Assembly (NCBI RefSeq): GCF_021869535.1
Contig: NW_026262581.1
Coordinates: 33,356,001 to 33,420,000, forward strand
Length of the DNA stretch: 64,000 nucleotides
Source of the DNA: Mytilus californianus
Taxonomy: Eukaryota
Direction: 5' to 3'
Part shown: positions 37,683 through 50,019 of the stretch, one piece after another
Layout of the letters: the number at the start of each line of letters is the position of its first letter
How positions within the stretch are numbered: the stretch's first letter is position 1
Notes under the pieces: model-generated
Database searches by the model: none
The model's input: only the letters and a program-made list of their open reading frames with translations
What the model was told of the DNA's origin: nothing
Program-made: the position numbers and the translations under genes

Positions 37683-38592
37683 TTATAATATTGGCAATAT
37701 AAACTATCTGGGTCGATTCGGGAAGGGCGCACTTCACTCCCTCGCTTCACCGCCTAAAATTGGAAAAAATATCACGCCCCCACTCACCCCAAATTTGGAT
37801 CCCGGCTGCTGAACTCTCCGCCTCTTTTGATTTCTTTGTATAACATTTTAGATACAATTCTATTTAAAAAAAGTAAGATTTATCAACAAATTTATTAACG
37901 AAGACGTTATATATTTTGTTGTTCATTCAAGCTTAACCGTACTGGTCAGTTGTTAAGAATCATACATAGACCACTGCGCTTTAATTACAAAATTTCACGG
38001 ATGTTGCATTTTAACATGTTTTCCTTATAAAAGCTTCGGGCATTAAAGTTGTCCTCCATGTGTAAACATTTCAACTCATTTCTTTTTATCTAAGTTTCAT
38101 GGCGATCAAAGTCCAAGTCTAGTACATGCAGTATAAATACACCATTGAAAATTCATTGTCTGATTTTAAATCACAGCGAGTAACATTCAATTTTACACTT
38201 TTCGCAACTGATCCTTACATTAAGAATGATCTTGCAAATGATTATAATCCCCGTCATAGATTTTTGTTTGTCGCTGCAAAACTTTTATTCTATTTATGCG
38301 CGGATAGAAGGTTTGTTTACGGAATACAAACTCCCTTGCATCATGTTTCACTTTTGCAATATTAAATCAAATGATGAAATTCTAGCGGTGCACATAACAC
38401 GTTCTTGTGAAGGTGACCATGTGCAGCGTTAATAGTGATAGAAATTTGGGCGTTGGACAGCAGGTGACTATTTCAACTAGAGACTCTCAGGAGCCTGAAT
38501 CGCTCACCTGAAATTTTTTAGACAATTGAAATAATACATTAAGAATATTTTCGATAGTTATTGGCAAAAAAGTTTCAAATGAGTAACAATTG

Positions 38593-38722
38593 TCATTCAA
38601 GAGCAATGAATCCGATACTATTAGTCGACTGATAACATCGACCTCGTATATTTAATGGTAGATATTGTCCCGCTGATAATTGTTGTTGCCTGTCAAGTTT
38701 CTCTTTATCTTCTATAGTTTCC
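38593..38722 (-). CDS. Possible orphan exon
   Basis: Strong acceptor (ctaat...tttatgttttttttccag|GAA). Only phase 0 is open: ETIEDKEKLDRQQQLSAGQYLPLNIRGRCYQSTNSIGFIALE*. No partner exon confirmed. Confidence 0.3.
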
Positions 38723-40310
38723 TGGAAAAAAAACATAAAAATTAGTAAAAAACGTCTTTCAAGGACAATCATTCCTATCAGGTCTCGACGGATGGTTTTT
38801 GCCATGTTGTCTTATTTGTAAATCTTGTTCTGATTGTATTTTTTGCTATAAACAGGTTCTCTCTCTGTCTACTTTATAGTTTATGAGTGGGTTTTTTTTT
38901 AGACCTGGTACTGCTCATCATTTTTATTATTCATTGTTTCACTTTATTTATATTTATAATGGCTAAAATTTCAAAATTGCACAAATTGGTAAAAATCGTC
39001 ATTCAAGGACAATAACTATAAGTTTTGTCAAAATGGACGGTAGGTAGATCTTGATATTTGGAATATTTCTGCCCTGTAAGATTTTTTCTATCTAGAACGG
39101 TTTTAAAGATAGATTATGCTTTCGATTTACCCCCTTGTTATATTTTAGCCTTTGAGGCCATGGCAAACATTTCAAGCATATACACTCTCTGACACATGTC
39201 AATGAAGTGATTCATATAGAATTTGCTTGCCTTATCGTTTGTTCTCTGTTAACATGTTACCAAACATTTGTTCCGGATAGGATAATTTTGTCTATGAAAA
39301 CGGTGTGGAAGCACATACTTGTCTGCCTCTGTGTAGCTACAGACACTGATCGTGGGTTTTCGCTTCTAACTGTATAATCTTACTAAACGATATAAAGCCT
39401 TTTCATACAAGTACATTGTATATCATAGGATTTGTAACCAAAGTAATGGGACAACAATTTTATTGTCTTGGGGATGGGTGCAGGATAAATTGAAAATGAA
39501 TTCTTGGCCTGGAAAGAGCTAAAAATCAAATAACCTTGCATAAGGTAGGATGAAAATAAATCTTCTGCAACACAAAATGCATGCAGTGGTGGACAAAAGT
39601 GAAAATAAAGTTTCGCATGGTAATGCCACAGGAAAAAAAAACAAGGATCCTTGAGTAGCAACAGATGAAAACAAATAGGCAATCCACAAAAAATCCTCCT
39701 GCCCCTCCCCCTAGAATATCAAATGGTCGTTCCATAAATGAACTTCACGAATCGCCGAACAGTTTTAACAAGACGACAGACACCGTTTACTTAACTAGTC
39801 AAAGGGAGGCAAATCAAATGAAAATCCTCACTAACATTCAAGATTCAAGATAAAAAATCACCACAACCATCCGAGACATTTATTTTTTCGATTCTACGAC
39901 GAAACCGTGAGAGAAATATCAATATAATTATATTTTTCATAAAAAAAAAATGAACGACCGCCAAATATTGGAAAATGAACAAAGGTGCTGCATCATGTAG
40001 AATTAGAAGTTCAATGAAAATTACAATTTATTTTTGGAACGGTTTTGGAAATAAACTAAGAACCTACAGAAAATTTACAATAAAGTATGAACTTGAAAAG
40101 TATCTTTTATTGAAACTTTACAATGAATGATGAAAGAACTCTTGACTATATGGTTCTTTTGCAAACTGATGAATATTGCAAACTAAGTAGAATCAAATTC
40201 ATAACAGTGTGGACGAGACCATTAGTTGGTGCGCTCAATTCTCCAATTGACTGGATTAGATTAGGTAACCGTTTGTCTGTTACGCCTACTTACATTTGTA
40301 ATACGTATTA

Positions 40311-40460
40311 GATACAATACAAAGGTAACAAAGAAAGAGGCCGGTTACAACTGTTGCCGGATAGTTTTTCTGCACGAGTAGTCAGGTGAAGGTCCGAGGC
40401 CTGACTACAAGTGCAGAAGTTTGTTTCCGGTCTGTTTTTTTGTTACCTTTGTTTTGTATC
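40311..40460. mobile_element. 150-bp foldback (hairpin) element
   Basis: GATACAATACAAAGGTAACA / TGTTACCTTTGTTTTGTATC and TGCACGAGTAGTCAGG / CCTGACTACAAGTGCA arms. Confidence 0.75.
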
Positions 40461-42254
40461 TGACTTGTACGACGTTTCAAGAAAGAAGTAGTACATATTG
40501 CATTTAGAAGCGGTATCAAAATTAAACAGATTAGAAACTTAAATGGCCATATACCAGTAAATGTAAGTTACAGTTTAAACAAACTTTATTTTTCACTTCC
40601 CTTCAGCCGAGGGTTTTAATCTCAAGAAATTCAAGAATCTAATAATTTTATAAAAAAGAAACATGTCAAGTAAAAGATGAATGTTGTACACATTTGAGAC
40701 TTTTTAAAATGCAACTTCGGAAGTAAGTAATTTATGAAAAAAATTTCAGAGGTAAGCAACTTAACATTTGATTTTTATTTGGGGGAAAATGGAAAAGGTA
40801 ATAAATAAATTTAAAATAAACAGGCTTGATCCTTCTTTTTTGTTGAAAAAATGCAGGGTGTGCCATTCCATCCCCCCATTCCCCCTTAAAAAATAATAAA
40901 AATCGTACGTTTGCTCCCAGATATATGAATTCAATATGTATGAATTTAATAACAATACAAATGTATCAAATGAATGAATTTCCTGTTTCATTAGCGAATG
41001 AAATGTTATGAAAAATGGATTTTGTCTTGTTATTATATATATAGGCATATATTTTGGATTTTTAAATTTTTTTCATGCTTATAGGTTTTTATATGTCTCT
41101 GATATTGTTGATCAGGGTTAAACACGTGTCACAATGTGATCCAATCGCAGCTTATCGTCCAAAATTGGTGACATAAGTTGAATGATTTTCTTCAAGATTT
41201 GCTGCCTATTTGAACATGTATTACACGGACACTTTTTATTTATAGGATCAATCGTGCGTTGGTAAGTATATTGGGATTTTACCTTTTGATTAGATTTGAT
41301 TTTTTTATATATATTTCCTGTCTTTTTTATTGAAATATAAACGTCGGTACCAGCATTTCTTTACTTTCAGCATTGTCCAGAATACGTTTCATGTCCATGA
41401 AGAAAAAAAAAACATTTACGGACCGACTATTTAGCTTCAAAAGGGGGCATGTTTTTTTCTGAGTAAGAAAATTATTTAGTTTTTCAACGCTATCACCAAA
41501 ATATTTTTTTTCGAAATTAGCACTATTATACAATGTATACGGTATTCGGAAAATCAGGAATCAGAACAGTATTTTGCCATCTGTTTGACCACAATATATT
41601 TTTTCTCATAAAATTAGGGATCAGAATATTTTTTTGGAAAAAACCATAACCACCCTTTTCAGTGGCGGTTCAAGACATTTTCATAAAGGGGGGGGGGGGG
41701 GAGGGCACTGACTGCCCTAAGAGGGGGCCCGCTCCAGTAATGCTTCAGTGGTTCCCTATATAATCAACCAAATTTTTCCCACAAAAGGGTTTTGAAGTTA
41801 AATGGAATATCCCTTGGTGTACTGATATGAATGGTAATATACTGGAATTGTTTGATAATAGATGTCAACGTAAATATTTCAATAAAAAAAGACAGGAAAT
41901 ATGTCGGTAAAACAAACAGTTCAAATCTAATTGAAATTTAAAGTGCCCATGAACTCACTGATCAAGCACGAGTGATTCTATTCATAAACAGTGTCCGTGT
42001 AACAACTAAAAAGTGTCCGTGTATCATCTAAAAAGTATCCGTGTAGCACCCGTTACATCCCAACTCCTTTGTTCTAACAGGGATGGTCTGAGTCGGATCA
42101 CCCCTACCAGGAGTTTCTTTGTTCTGCATTCTTTCTTTTCATGCTTCTGTAACATTTTGGCGGGAATGCTGAACACACAATAAAACTTATAAATATATAA
42201 TTGACATTAAGACTAACATTCAAAATTATGTAGAAAAAATCCACTTAATTTCCA

Positions 42255-42320
42255 GTGTCTAAGCGGGGAAACGAACTCAAGACCTTTAGCATATGAAGCC
42301 ACGATTCATACCCCTACATC
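42255..42320 (-). mobile_element. tRNA-derived SINE head remnant
   Basis: Minus strand GAGTTCGTTTCCCCGC, a B-box-like motif; no complete cloverleaf. Similar remnant at about 58826-58885 (GGGTTCGACCC). Confidence 0.4.
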
Positions 42321-43184
42321 AGGACGACTGGATACAAACTCACTGTACATTTAACATATTTAATCGTTGTATCCGGGGCACATAAAAGGGTATATACTAT
42401 AACCAGACTCAAGCTAGCGACCAATTCTGGCGACCAATCAAGCTAGCGACCAATTCTAGAGACCACTAAAGAACACAATGAGAATCAACTTGTCTAAGAA
42501 TCATTATGTGGTATATGAGAAAACCACATTATGAAACAACGTTCTGTTAAAAAGAAAATCTATCTACTAGTACGGTATATATTGTTTTTAACGTTAAAAT
42601 GACCAGAGATGTCCATCATATTAAGGGAGAAGGAACACTACAATACGAATGACGTCTGTAGCTGAATGCACTAACTAGTTAAGTTGCTATATGTCTGCAT
42701 CAATATCAATGAGTAAAATATAATGTGCCCGAAAATCGTAAAAGTCAAAACAATTTAATACAATAGAAAAACAAAGGATATGGGGTATCCCTTCATGACA
42801 CAAAATCAGTAAATGCACAGCGAAAAACACACAAAAAGCTAAGGGACATTTCTTTGTTAACGAACTATTTTTATTCCCCTACATTCGAACACATACTATA
42901 TGTTATCATATATGTATTTATATAAATAAAGGTGCGCCCCTCTCCGGAGTTTATTCTATCGGGAGAGGGGCTATAGTTGGGAAATAAAGTAATCCATATT
43001 TTGATGTCTTCTTTACGTTTTCTCTGTTTTCCAAACTCTAAACCGAGATCGCAAAGATAGGTAATAAATCAGAGCAGAGCCCTCTGTAATGATTTTTTGG
43101 GGGCTAGAATTTCTCAATCGATTTATGAATTTCGAATAGTGGTATACTACTGTTGCCTTTATTTACATTTAATATATTTTACAC

Positions 43185-43585
43185 ACGTGTATTAAGGGTG
43201 GAAATCAGTATCGTACGTGTGTTTCAAGTGTACCTGATGAAGGTAATTCTAGAAACACTTGTAGTAAGGGCGGAAATCCGTATCATACTTTTGTCTCGAG
43301 CATACCAGATGAAGGTAATTCTAGAAACACGTGTAGTAAGGGCGAAAATCCGTATCATACTTTTGTCTCGAGCATACCTGGTGAAGGTAATTCTAGAAAC
43401 ACGTGTAGTAAGGGCGGAAATCCGTATCATACTTTTGTCTCGAGCATACCTGATGAAGATAATTCTAGAAACACGTGTAGTAAGGGCGGAAATCCGTATC
43501 ATACTTTTGTCTCGAGCGTACCTGATGAAAGGAATTCTAGAAACACGTGTAGTACGGGCGGAAATCAGTATCATGCTTTTGTCTC
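43185..43585. repeat. 72-bp minisatellite, about 5.5 copies
   Basis: Unit GATGAAGGTAATTCTAGAAACACGTGTAGTAAGGGCGGAAATCCGTATCATACTTTTGTCTCGAGCATACCT. Followed by a 17-bp AGGATCATGAAAGAGGA array at about 43646-43710. Confidence 0.95.
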
Positions 43586-46568
43586 TGTACTTAATTGTTA
43601 TTTCATGGATCGAATTGAAAGAAAAATGGAGGTTCATTAAAGATGAAGGATCATGAAAGAGGAGGGATCATGAAAGAGGAAGGATCATGAAAGAGGAGGG
43701 GTCATGAACATTCACAAAAATAGTTTAAACCTGTAATATACAAATACTTGTGTTAAAATAGGGAGATGTGGTATGATTGCTAATTGGCAACTATATCCCA
43801 CCAGAGACCAAAATAATGTGAATGTAAAAGTCCATGATAGAGTTGTGTGTCTGTTCCAAAGCAGGAACCTCGACAGCTGCTGTTTTTATCAATTTTTTAT
43901 TTAGAATTTTCATGGTCGGTCTTTGATCGTCTCTATTGTTAGAGTTCACAAGGTGTTTAGCCGAAGGGCGATTATGAGGTTAATATCAGATAGACATAAT
44001 CGGCTATTGATGAATACTTATTTTCAATCTATAGATGGTTTTCTTGTTGTTGAATCGTATGTCCTTGTTGATACACACCCTTCATCTCCCTTTGATGATA
44101 CACAAATTCATGTTTAATTTATCTTAGATACTGACTGAATTGTTTGTTTTATACCCCCACCATCGTCAACCACCCTGCTCGCTCTCTGTATAGCATTGAA
44201 AGTGTTCGTCATTCCGTTCTCCCTTCCTATAATCTTTTGTACCCTATACTACTTCTAAACCGCATTTTGCATAGCATTATCCAAATAACTTTAAGGGTTT
44301 ATTTTTGCATGACATGTACTTTGTCATATCCACACACTACAGTAATTAATTGAATCCGCGTCTCCTCTTTTAACTCCCAATAACAATTAACTGAAACTTT
44401 CTAACAAGCCTTATCATATAATGCCATCGTGCTCCTCTTTTTTTGTTTTTTGATCCGAATTATTTTTGAGGATTTCCAATCACGAGTTTAGGTCTTTAAA
44501 GTGATTAGGTGCTATTTTGTGAGCATTCTCTTTAGTTATGTATGCGATTGATTCTAACAAATTGATACAGCTTACACTTCCGGAGCACCTGAGATCAACC
44601 CCGTTTTTTTGGTGGGGTTCGTGTTGCTCAGTCTTTAAGATTTCTATGTTGTATTTGTGTTTTATATATTGTTTTTTTGTCTTTTCGTCGTTTTTCGTTT
44701 TTTGCCATGGCATTGTCAGTTTGTTTTCGACTTATGAGTTTGAACGTCTCTTTGGTATCTTTCGCCTCTCTTTTGACCTGCAGTGTAATATCCGATAGAA
44801 CATGTTTCATTGAGTAATTTTAAAAAGCATGGAAAAATCCATACATATTAGTTTTTTCAAATTTTGTTTTCGAAAAGATCAATTCAATGATTTCTTAAAA
44901 AAGCTGTCCGTGTTGAATTGTTCAGAAAGCATTTTTTTTTTAGAAAAGTAATGTCAATAATATAACACTTTGTTAGTTTGCTAATTTTTGTGCTAGCAAA
45001 TCCTAATTCATGTCTTTGGTTTTTTTTTTTTTTTTGGTTTTTTATTAAAGTTTGTATAAAACCAATTTCAATAGGTAGGAAACCAATATATAGGAACAAA
45101 TTATATTGAAGTGACCTGGTGATAGCTGCGGGATCTACAAATGTACATCTATAGTGTGCATAAAAGGGTTTTGCTTGATAGAAAAGTTGATAAAATATAC
45201 AAGCCCTGGGAAATCCTTTTTAGGAAAATAATTATAGTGAATATATATAGTCCAGATAAAACTTTAAAGTCGCATGAACAAACTATGTGAAACAGACTTG
45301 TGGACAGAGCCAGCTTCTGTTGAAATAGACATGCATTATCCGTCACGTGATTTTATTCATATTCAGAAGACAGAGACGATCACAGGTATTTGCTTTCCAA
45401 AAAGCTTGTCTAAATATAGCATCTTTAGATTTTAAACACAAGTTCGTTTGTAAGTGTTAGTTTAGCATATATTTGTAACTTCAGTTAAGGTGGGCTTACA
45501 TTGATCTTTCTAATTTGGTTGTTATTGTCATGTTACGTTACGAAAATTAAAAATATGAAATATGGAATCTAGGTAAATATATGATTTACAACAGATACCT
45601 GTGAAATAATGGAATTTACTGAAATATGATATTGGAGATGTCCTTTCGGTTCATTAGTTGTTTTTGTCATGCTTATCTCTGTTGGTTATTTTTTCATTTA
45701 TCGTATAACATTAGATGATATTTCTTTGTAAACTTTTAGAAGATTATGTTAGACAAACTCTGTTCCTATTTTGACATTAACCACAAAAAGTTTACTTCGT
45801 TGAACAATCGGTATTTCCGTGTTTTATTTGAAGGGGATAAAGTAATTAAATGGTCACATTGTACTATTTCTATTATTTCATTTGGTAATATCAAGTCAAT
45901 ATAGTGCTACTACAAGTGGTTTTATTTTTGTTCATCAGTCACTTAAAACGAAAACAAACCAAAAACAAATACAAATTCTCGAAGGAGCATTTTTTTTCAA
46001 TTTTAAGGATATTTGTAACAGACTGAGTGTTAAAAGTAGTTTAAATTATAAATAGATTCTTTAATGATCAAAGTCCAATATGTTTACCAATTTTTGATTA
46101 CAGAAACATATACAGGTAAATTGGCCAACTGTATTTATTTGGAACAAAACATCTAGCTGATTTAGGATATAGAGTTTATTAACACTTTTACTAAAAGACA
46201 TTGAATTCTTACAATTCTTTCAAACAACATAAACAAAAAACCTAGGTGCATTGTGCATGTAAACATAATAAAATCGATAGTTAGAACTAATATCATAGTT
46301 GTATATAATAGTCAATATGTTTCATACGTATTCTTTAACTCTTGTAAATCTATTTTTACGTATAAAACTTTTATATAAAATAAGGGAAGTAATTGTAAAT
46401 TCGAAAGGTATGATGCTTCATTTTTCATCTCGAAAGTGATGATTTCATGAAATAAATAATGAATTTGTTATTTAATTTCCTTTGATACATTTGCAATCGG
46501 TTGATTCACAAATAGCATGAAATACATAGAATTACCTGCAAACTTCAAAATACTTTCAATACCCAAAA

Positions 46569-46835
46569 ATGTATTTGTGGAAAAATGTTTGGTATGTAAG
46601 CCGAACAGGTAGTACGTTAAGTGTTAGCAAACTGGAAATTGAACTGGTTCACTGCCCAATTTGTATACAACAACTCAGTCAATATAGTGAAATGGTTTGT
46701 ATAAATATGAACACAAAGTGTGTTCATATATATCATGAACACTGTATAAAACAGTGGATAGCTGCCTGCAGAGGTAGACAACAAACACCTACATGTCCTC
46801 AATGTAGACGACCATGGGAAAGTATAGCATGCTAG
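46569..46835 (+). CDS. RING-H2 (C3H2C3) zinc-finger ORF, possibly a pseudogene or element-borne fragment
   Basis: C-x2-C-x18-C-x-H-x2-H-x2-C-x16-C-x2-C, with the conserved Trp (CIKQW) and terminal CPQCR. Isolated, with stop-containing frames upstream. Confidence 0.7.
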   Translation: MYLWKNVWYVSRTGSTLSVSKLEIELVHCPICIQQLSQYSEMVCINMNTKCVHIYHEHCIKQWIAACRGRQQTPTCPQCRRPWESIAC

Positions 46836-49800
46836 TAAAGGGTGGTAAAACACCGAAACAATACAGCATGATTAGAGGGGACATGTAAAAGAACTATATT
46901 AACTGAGCTCTACCCTATTCCAAATTAAATAGACTAATTGTCTATTTTTTCTGATACTAGCTTACCATATTTATTATATTTATTGATTTCTTTCATATTG
47001 ATTGATATAAATTATGATTGGCACCCATAAATATGACTAATGTGTGAAATAACTACTAGATACCTGCAACATTCAACATAGATAAAGAAATAAAATGCAA
47101 GAAATAGTTTAGTATACCTCATTTTTTCAAAGCTTCAACGAAATTTAGCCTACAGAGGAAGCCTGTAATTTCATACGTTTTACTTCCACTGTCGCGGTAC
47201 CACTGCTTGTAGTCAATCATAACAGGATGGAAACATCAGTCTGGTAGTCATGCAAATTCAATGCTTCGTACTTGCAGTTTTATAATGATACATTCTTTTC
47301 TATAATCTTATTTTAGAATTATTAGTTTGAAAGGATGCAACTTCACCAGACAATGCTGACATTATACGATTTTACTAACTCGAATAATTCAAGCCCTTTC
47401 TGTGTCCGATTTTCTCCCACACGAGGGCTTGAACTCCTTATGATCATTGGCCACGTCGCCTGCTCTCTGTGAGAGAGAGCCAATCGGCGGCGATCAGGAT
47501 AATGAGTCTGCGCAACTGTCTTGTAATTGTCTTACCAAACACGTGTGTTGAATTAACACAAATCCGATAATAATTAATTAACATCAATTAACATCAGTTT
47601 ACATCATTTAACATCAATTAACATCCGGAACTCCTCCTTCTTTAGCTGCCAACTTAAATAAAAATTCCCATATTGCATAGCGGTGTGAATTTTCCGGTTG
47701 ACGGTCTTTATCGAGGAAGACGTTCAGGCGTTAATGTAGCCTTCGTAGATCAGCGGAATATAACGACTGAATTATTCGGGTTACGATTTTACCTGTTTTT
47801 TTAAAGACCAATTTGGAGACTTCTGTTTTAAAGGTCACAAGGTGTTCAGTCTATGGGCTATTTTGAGATAAATATCTGGTCGGCACAATCGTCTTTTCTG
47901 CATAAGAAAATGCCTGTACCAAGTCAGGAATATGACAGTTGTTATCCATTCGTTTGATGTGTTTGTTGGGACTTTCCTTTTTGAATTTTCCTCGGAGTTC
48001 AGTATTTTTGTGATTTTACTTTTTACTGGATCCTTATTTTTAACATTTAGCTGGTTTTTTTTGTTGTTGAGGCATTTGTCTTATTGGCGTATACCTATCA
48101 GCTCCCTCTGTTCATATACATGTACAATTAATCTGAGATACTTAATTGGATTGTTTTTTTTATACCTCCCTCTACCAACCCGCACGCTTGATATATAGTG
48201 TTGGAGGTGTTCGTCCGTTCGGTTTTCCTTCCATCAATCTTGTGTACATGTACCTGCTTATTTCTTAAATCGAATGACATAATTTTGTGAAAACTTCATA
48301 TAATGTTTTAAAAAATGTCTTGCATAATATACTTTTAAACCTCCATTATGCATATCTTTATCCAAATAATTGTTTGGGTTCCTTTTGGCACGGCATGGAC
48401 ATTGTCATATCCGCACACCTCAGTTCTAATTTGAATTCGCTTCTTTAACTCCAAAAAACAATTAACTGAACATGTCTAACAATCTTTATGATATAATGCC
48501 ATTGTGCTGCTCTTATTTTCTTTTTTTACCCGAATTATTTTGAGGATTTTCGTTAACGAATTAAGGCCTGTAAAGTGATGGGAGTATCATGTTTTGAGTT
48601 TTGCCTCTAGTTACAAATATGTGTAAAGGATTGATTTAAAACACTTTGACATGCAGTTTAATATCCGGTAAAACATGTTTTATTGAGTAATGTTAAAAAG
48701 AATAGAAAAATACATACTAGTACATATATGTTTTCCCCGTTTTTTTTAAGAAAGAGCAATTCAATTCTAACCAATTTCATGTCAGATAAGGGAATTAAAG
48801 AATCGCATGATTGCAAATTCTCCATCCCTTTATGTCATTTAATGCATGTATTATTCATGACACAACTTAGGTTAGATCGATAATGAAATATCTATTAAAA
48901 CAGAATACAAGCATTGTTTGCATGTTAAATTACCATGAGTTAAGAGGAGAATGAATTCTTGCAATTTGCTCTAACATTTCTAAATAATGTAAAATCGAAG
49001 TTTATCTTGGCCCCTCAATACATCTTGATCATAATGGCTATGAATATTTCAAAAGCACGAGGTATAGATGTACAAAACAATATCTTTTAGTTACAGTACA
49101 AAACTAATTGAAATCTCTAAGGGATATGCAATACAATCAAATTTTATTTTAAAGGGGTATTTTAAGTGATCTAGAGGTCTCTATTAACTTTCGAACTCCA
49201 GCTTAATTATATAAATATAAAAATAAGACGATGTGGTATAATTTGCATTGATAATTTTAGGAAATTGTTCTATAAACAAATTTAACTTTCTTAAATTTGT
49301 TTTATTTACGTTTATTCCTTGGTCATTTTATTTTATGATTCATTGATAAATATTCTCTTCTGTGCATTTTTCCATTATTCAACAAAACTTTACTTGTAAT
49401 TTATTAGTAAATATTATCTTTTAATATTACGCATTTTTGCATTATTATAAATTCACTGATATAATGGAATTCTATGCGACTGTCATACAAGTGAGAGGTT
49501 TAGCTAGCTTTAAAACCAGGTTTAAGCCAAATGTCTGTACCAAGTCAGGAATATGACAGTTGTTTTCCTTTAGTTTGATGTGTTTGAGCTTTAATTTGAT
49601 TTTGCCATTTGATAACGGACTTTCCGTTTTGAATTTTCCTTGGAGTTCGGTATTTTTGTTATTTTACATTTTCCAAATGGTTACATCGAAATTATTTCAC
49701 AAAGTTGTTCTACATCGTCACATCGTTAACGTCAAAACAGAAAAAAATTAGCGTTAACGTTATCCAGTCAGTTGAACGGCAAACGCCTGGATTTGACAGA

Positions 49801-49898
49801 TCGACACAAAAAGTACCCGTATGTAAAACGGGTCGTTTTATAATTCAAGCACAGCAGATCAACATGTGGTCGTTCATTGATGTTTGTTTACTTGAAAT

Positions 49899-50019
49899 CA
49901 GGGGCGGATTCAGGCGGGGACGTGGCGGGCGTGCCTCCCCCTAAAATTTGCAAAGCATGGGTTGTCCTCAGCTTAATAAAGAATATTTCGATAATTTTAA
50001 AATCCTGGTTCCGCCCCTG
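49899..50019. mobile_element. MITE with CAG..CTG termini and 5-bp TSD (GAAAT)
   Basis: CAGGGGCGGATTCAGG / CCTGGTTCCGCCCCTG; GAAAT at 49894-49898 and 50020-50024. Confidence 0.8.

Noticed and set aside
43153-43656. 167-aa and 137-aa overlapping antisense ORFs
   Set aside because: Both are by-products of a 72-bp unit length; they are reported as a repeat.
45149-45346. Minus-strand ORF with CSC and a hydrophobic stretch (GPS/TM-like)
   Set aside because: No consistent donor or adjoining exons; hydrophobicity is expected from T-rich DNA.
47445-47456. ATTGGCCACGT as ER-stress element II
   Set aside because: ERSE-II needs a 1-nt spacer (ATTGG-N-CCACG); here there is none.
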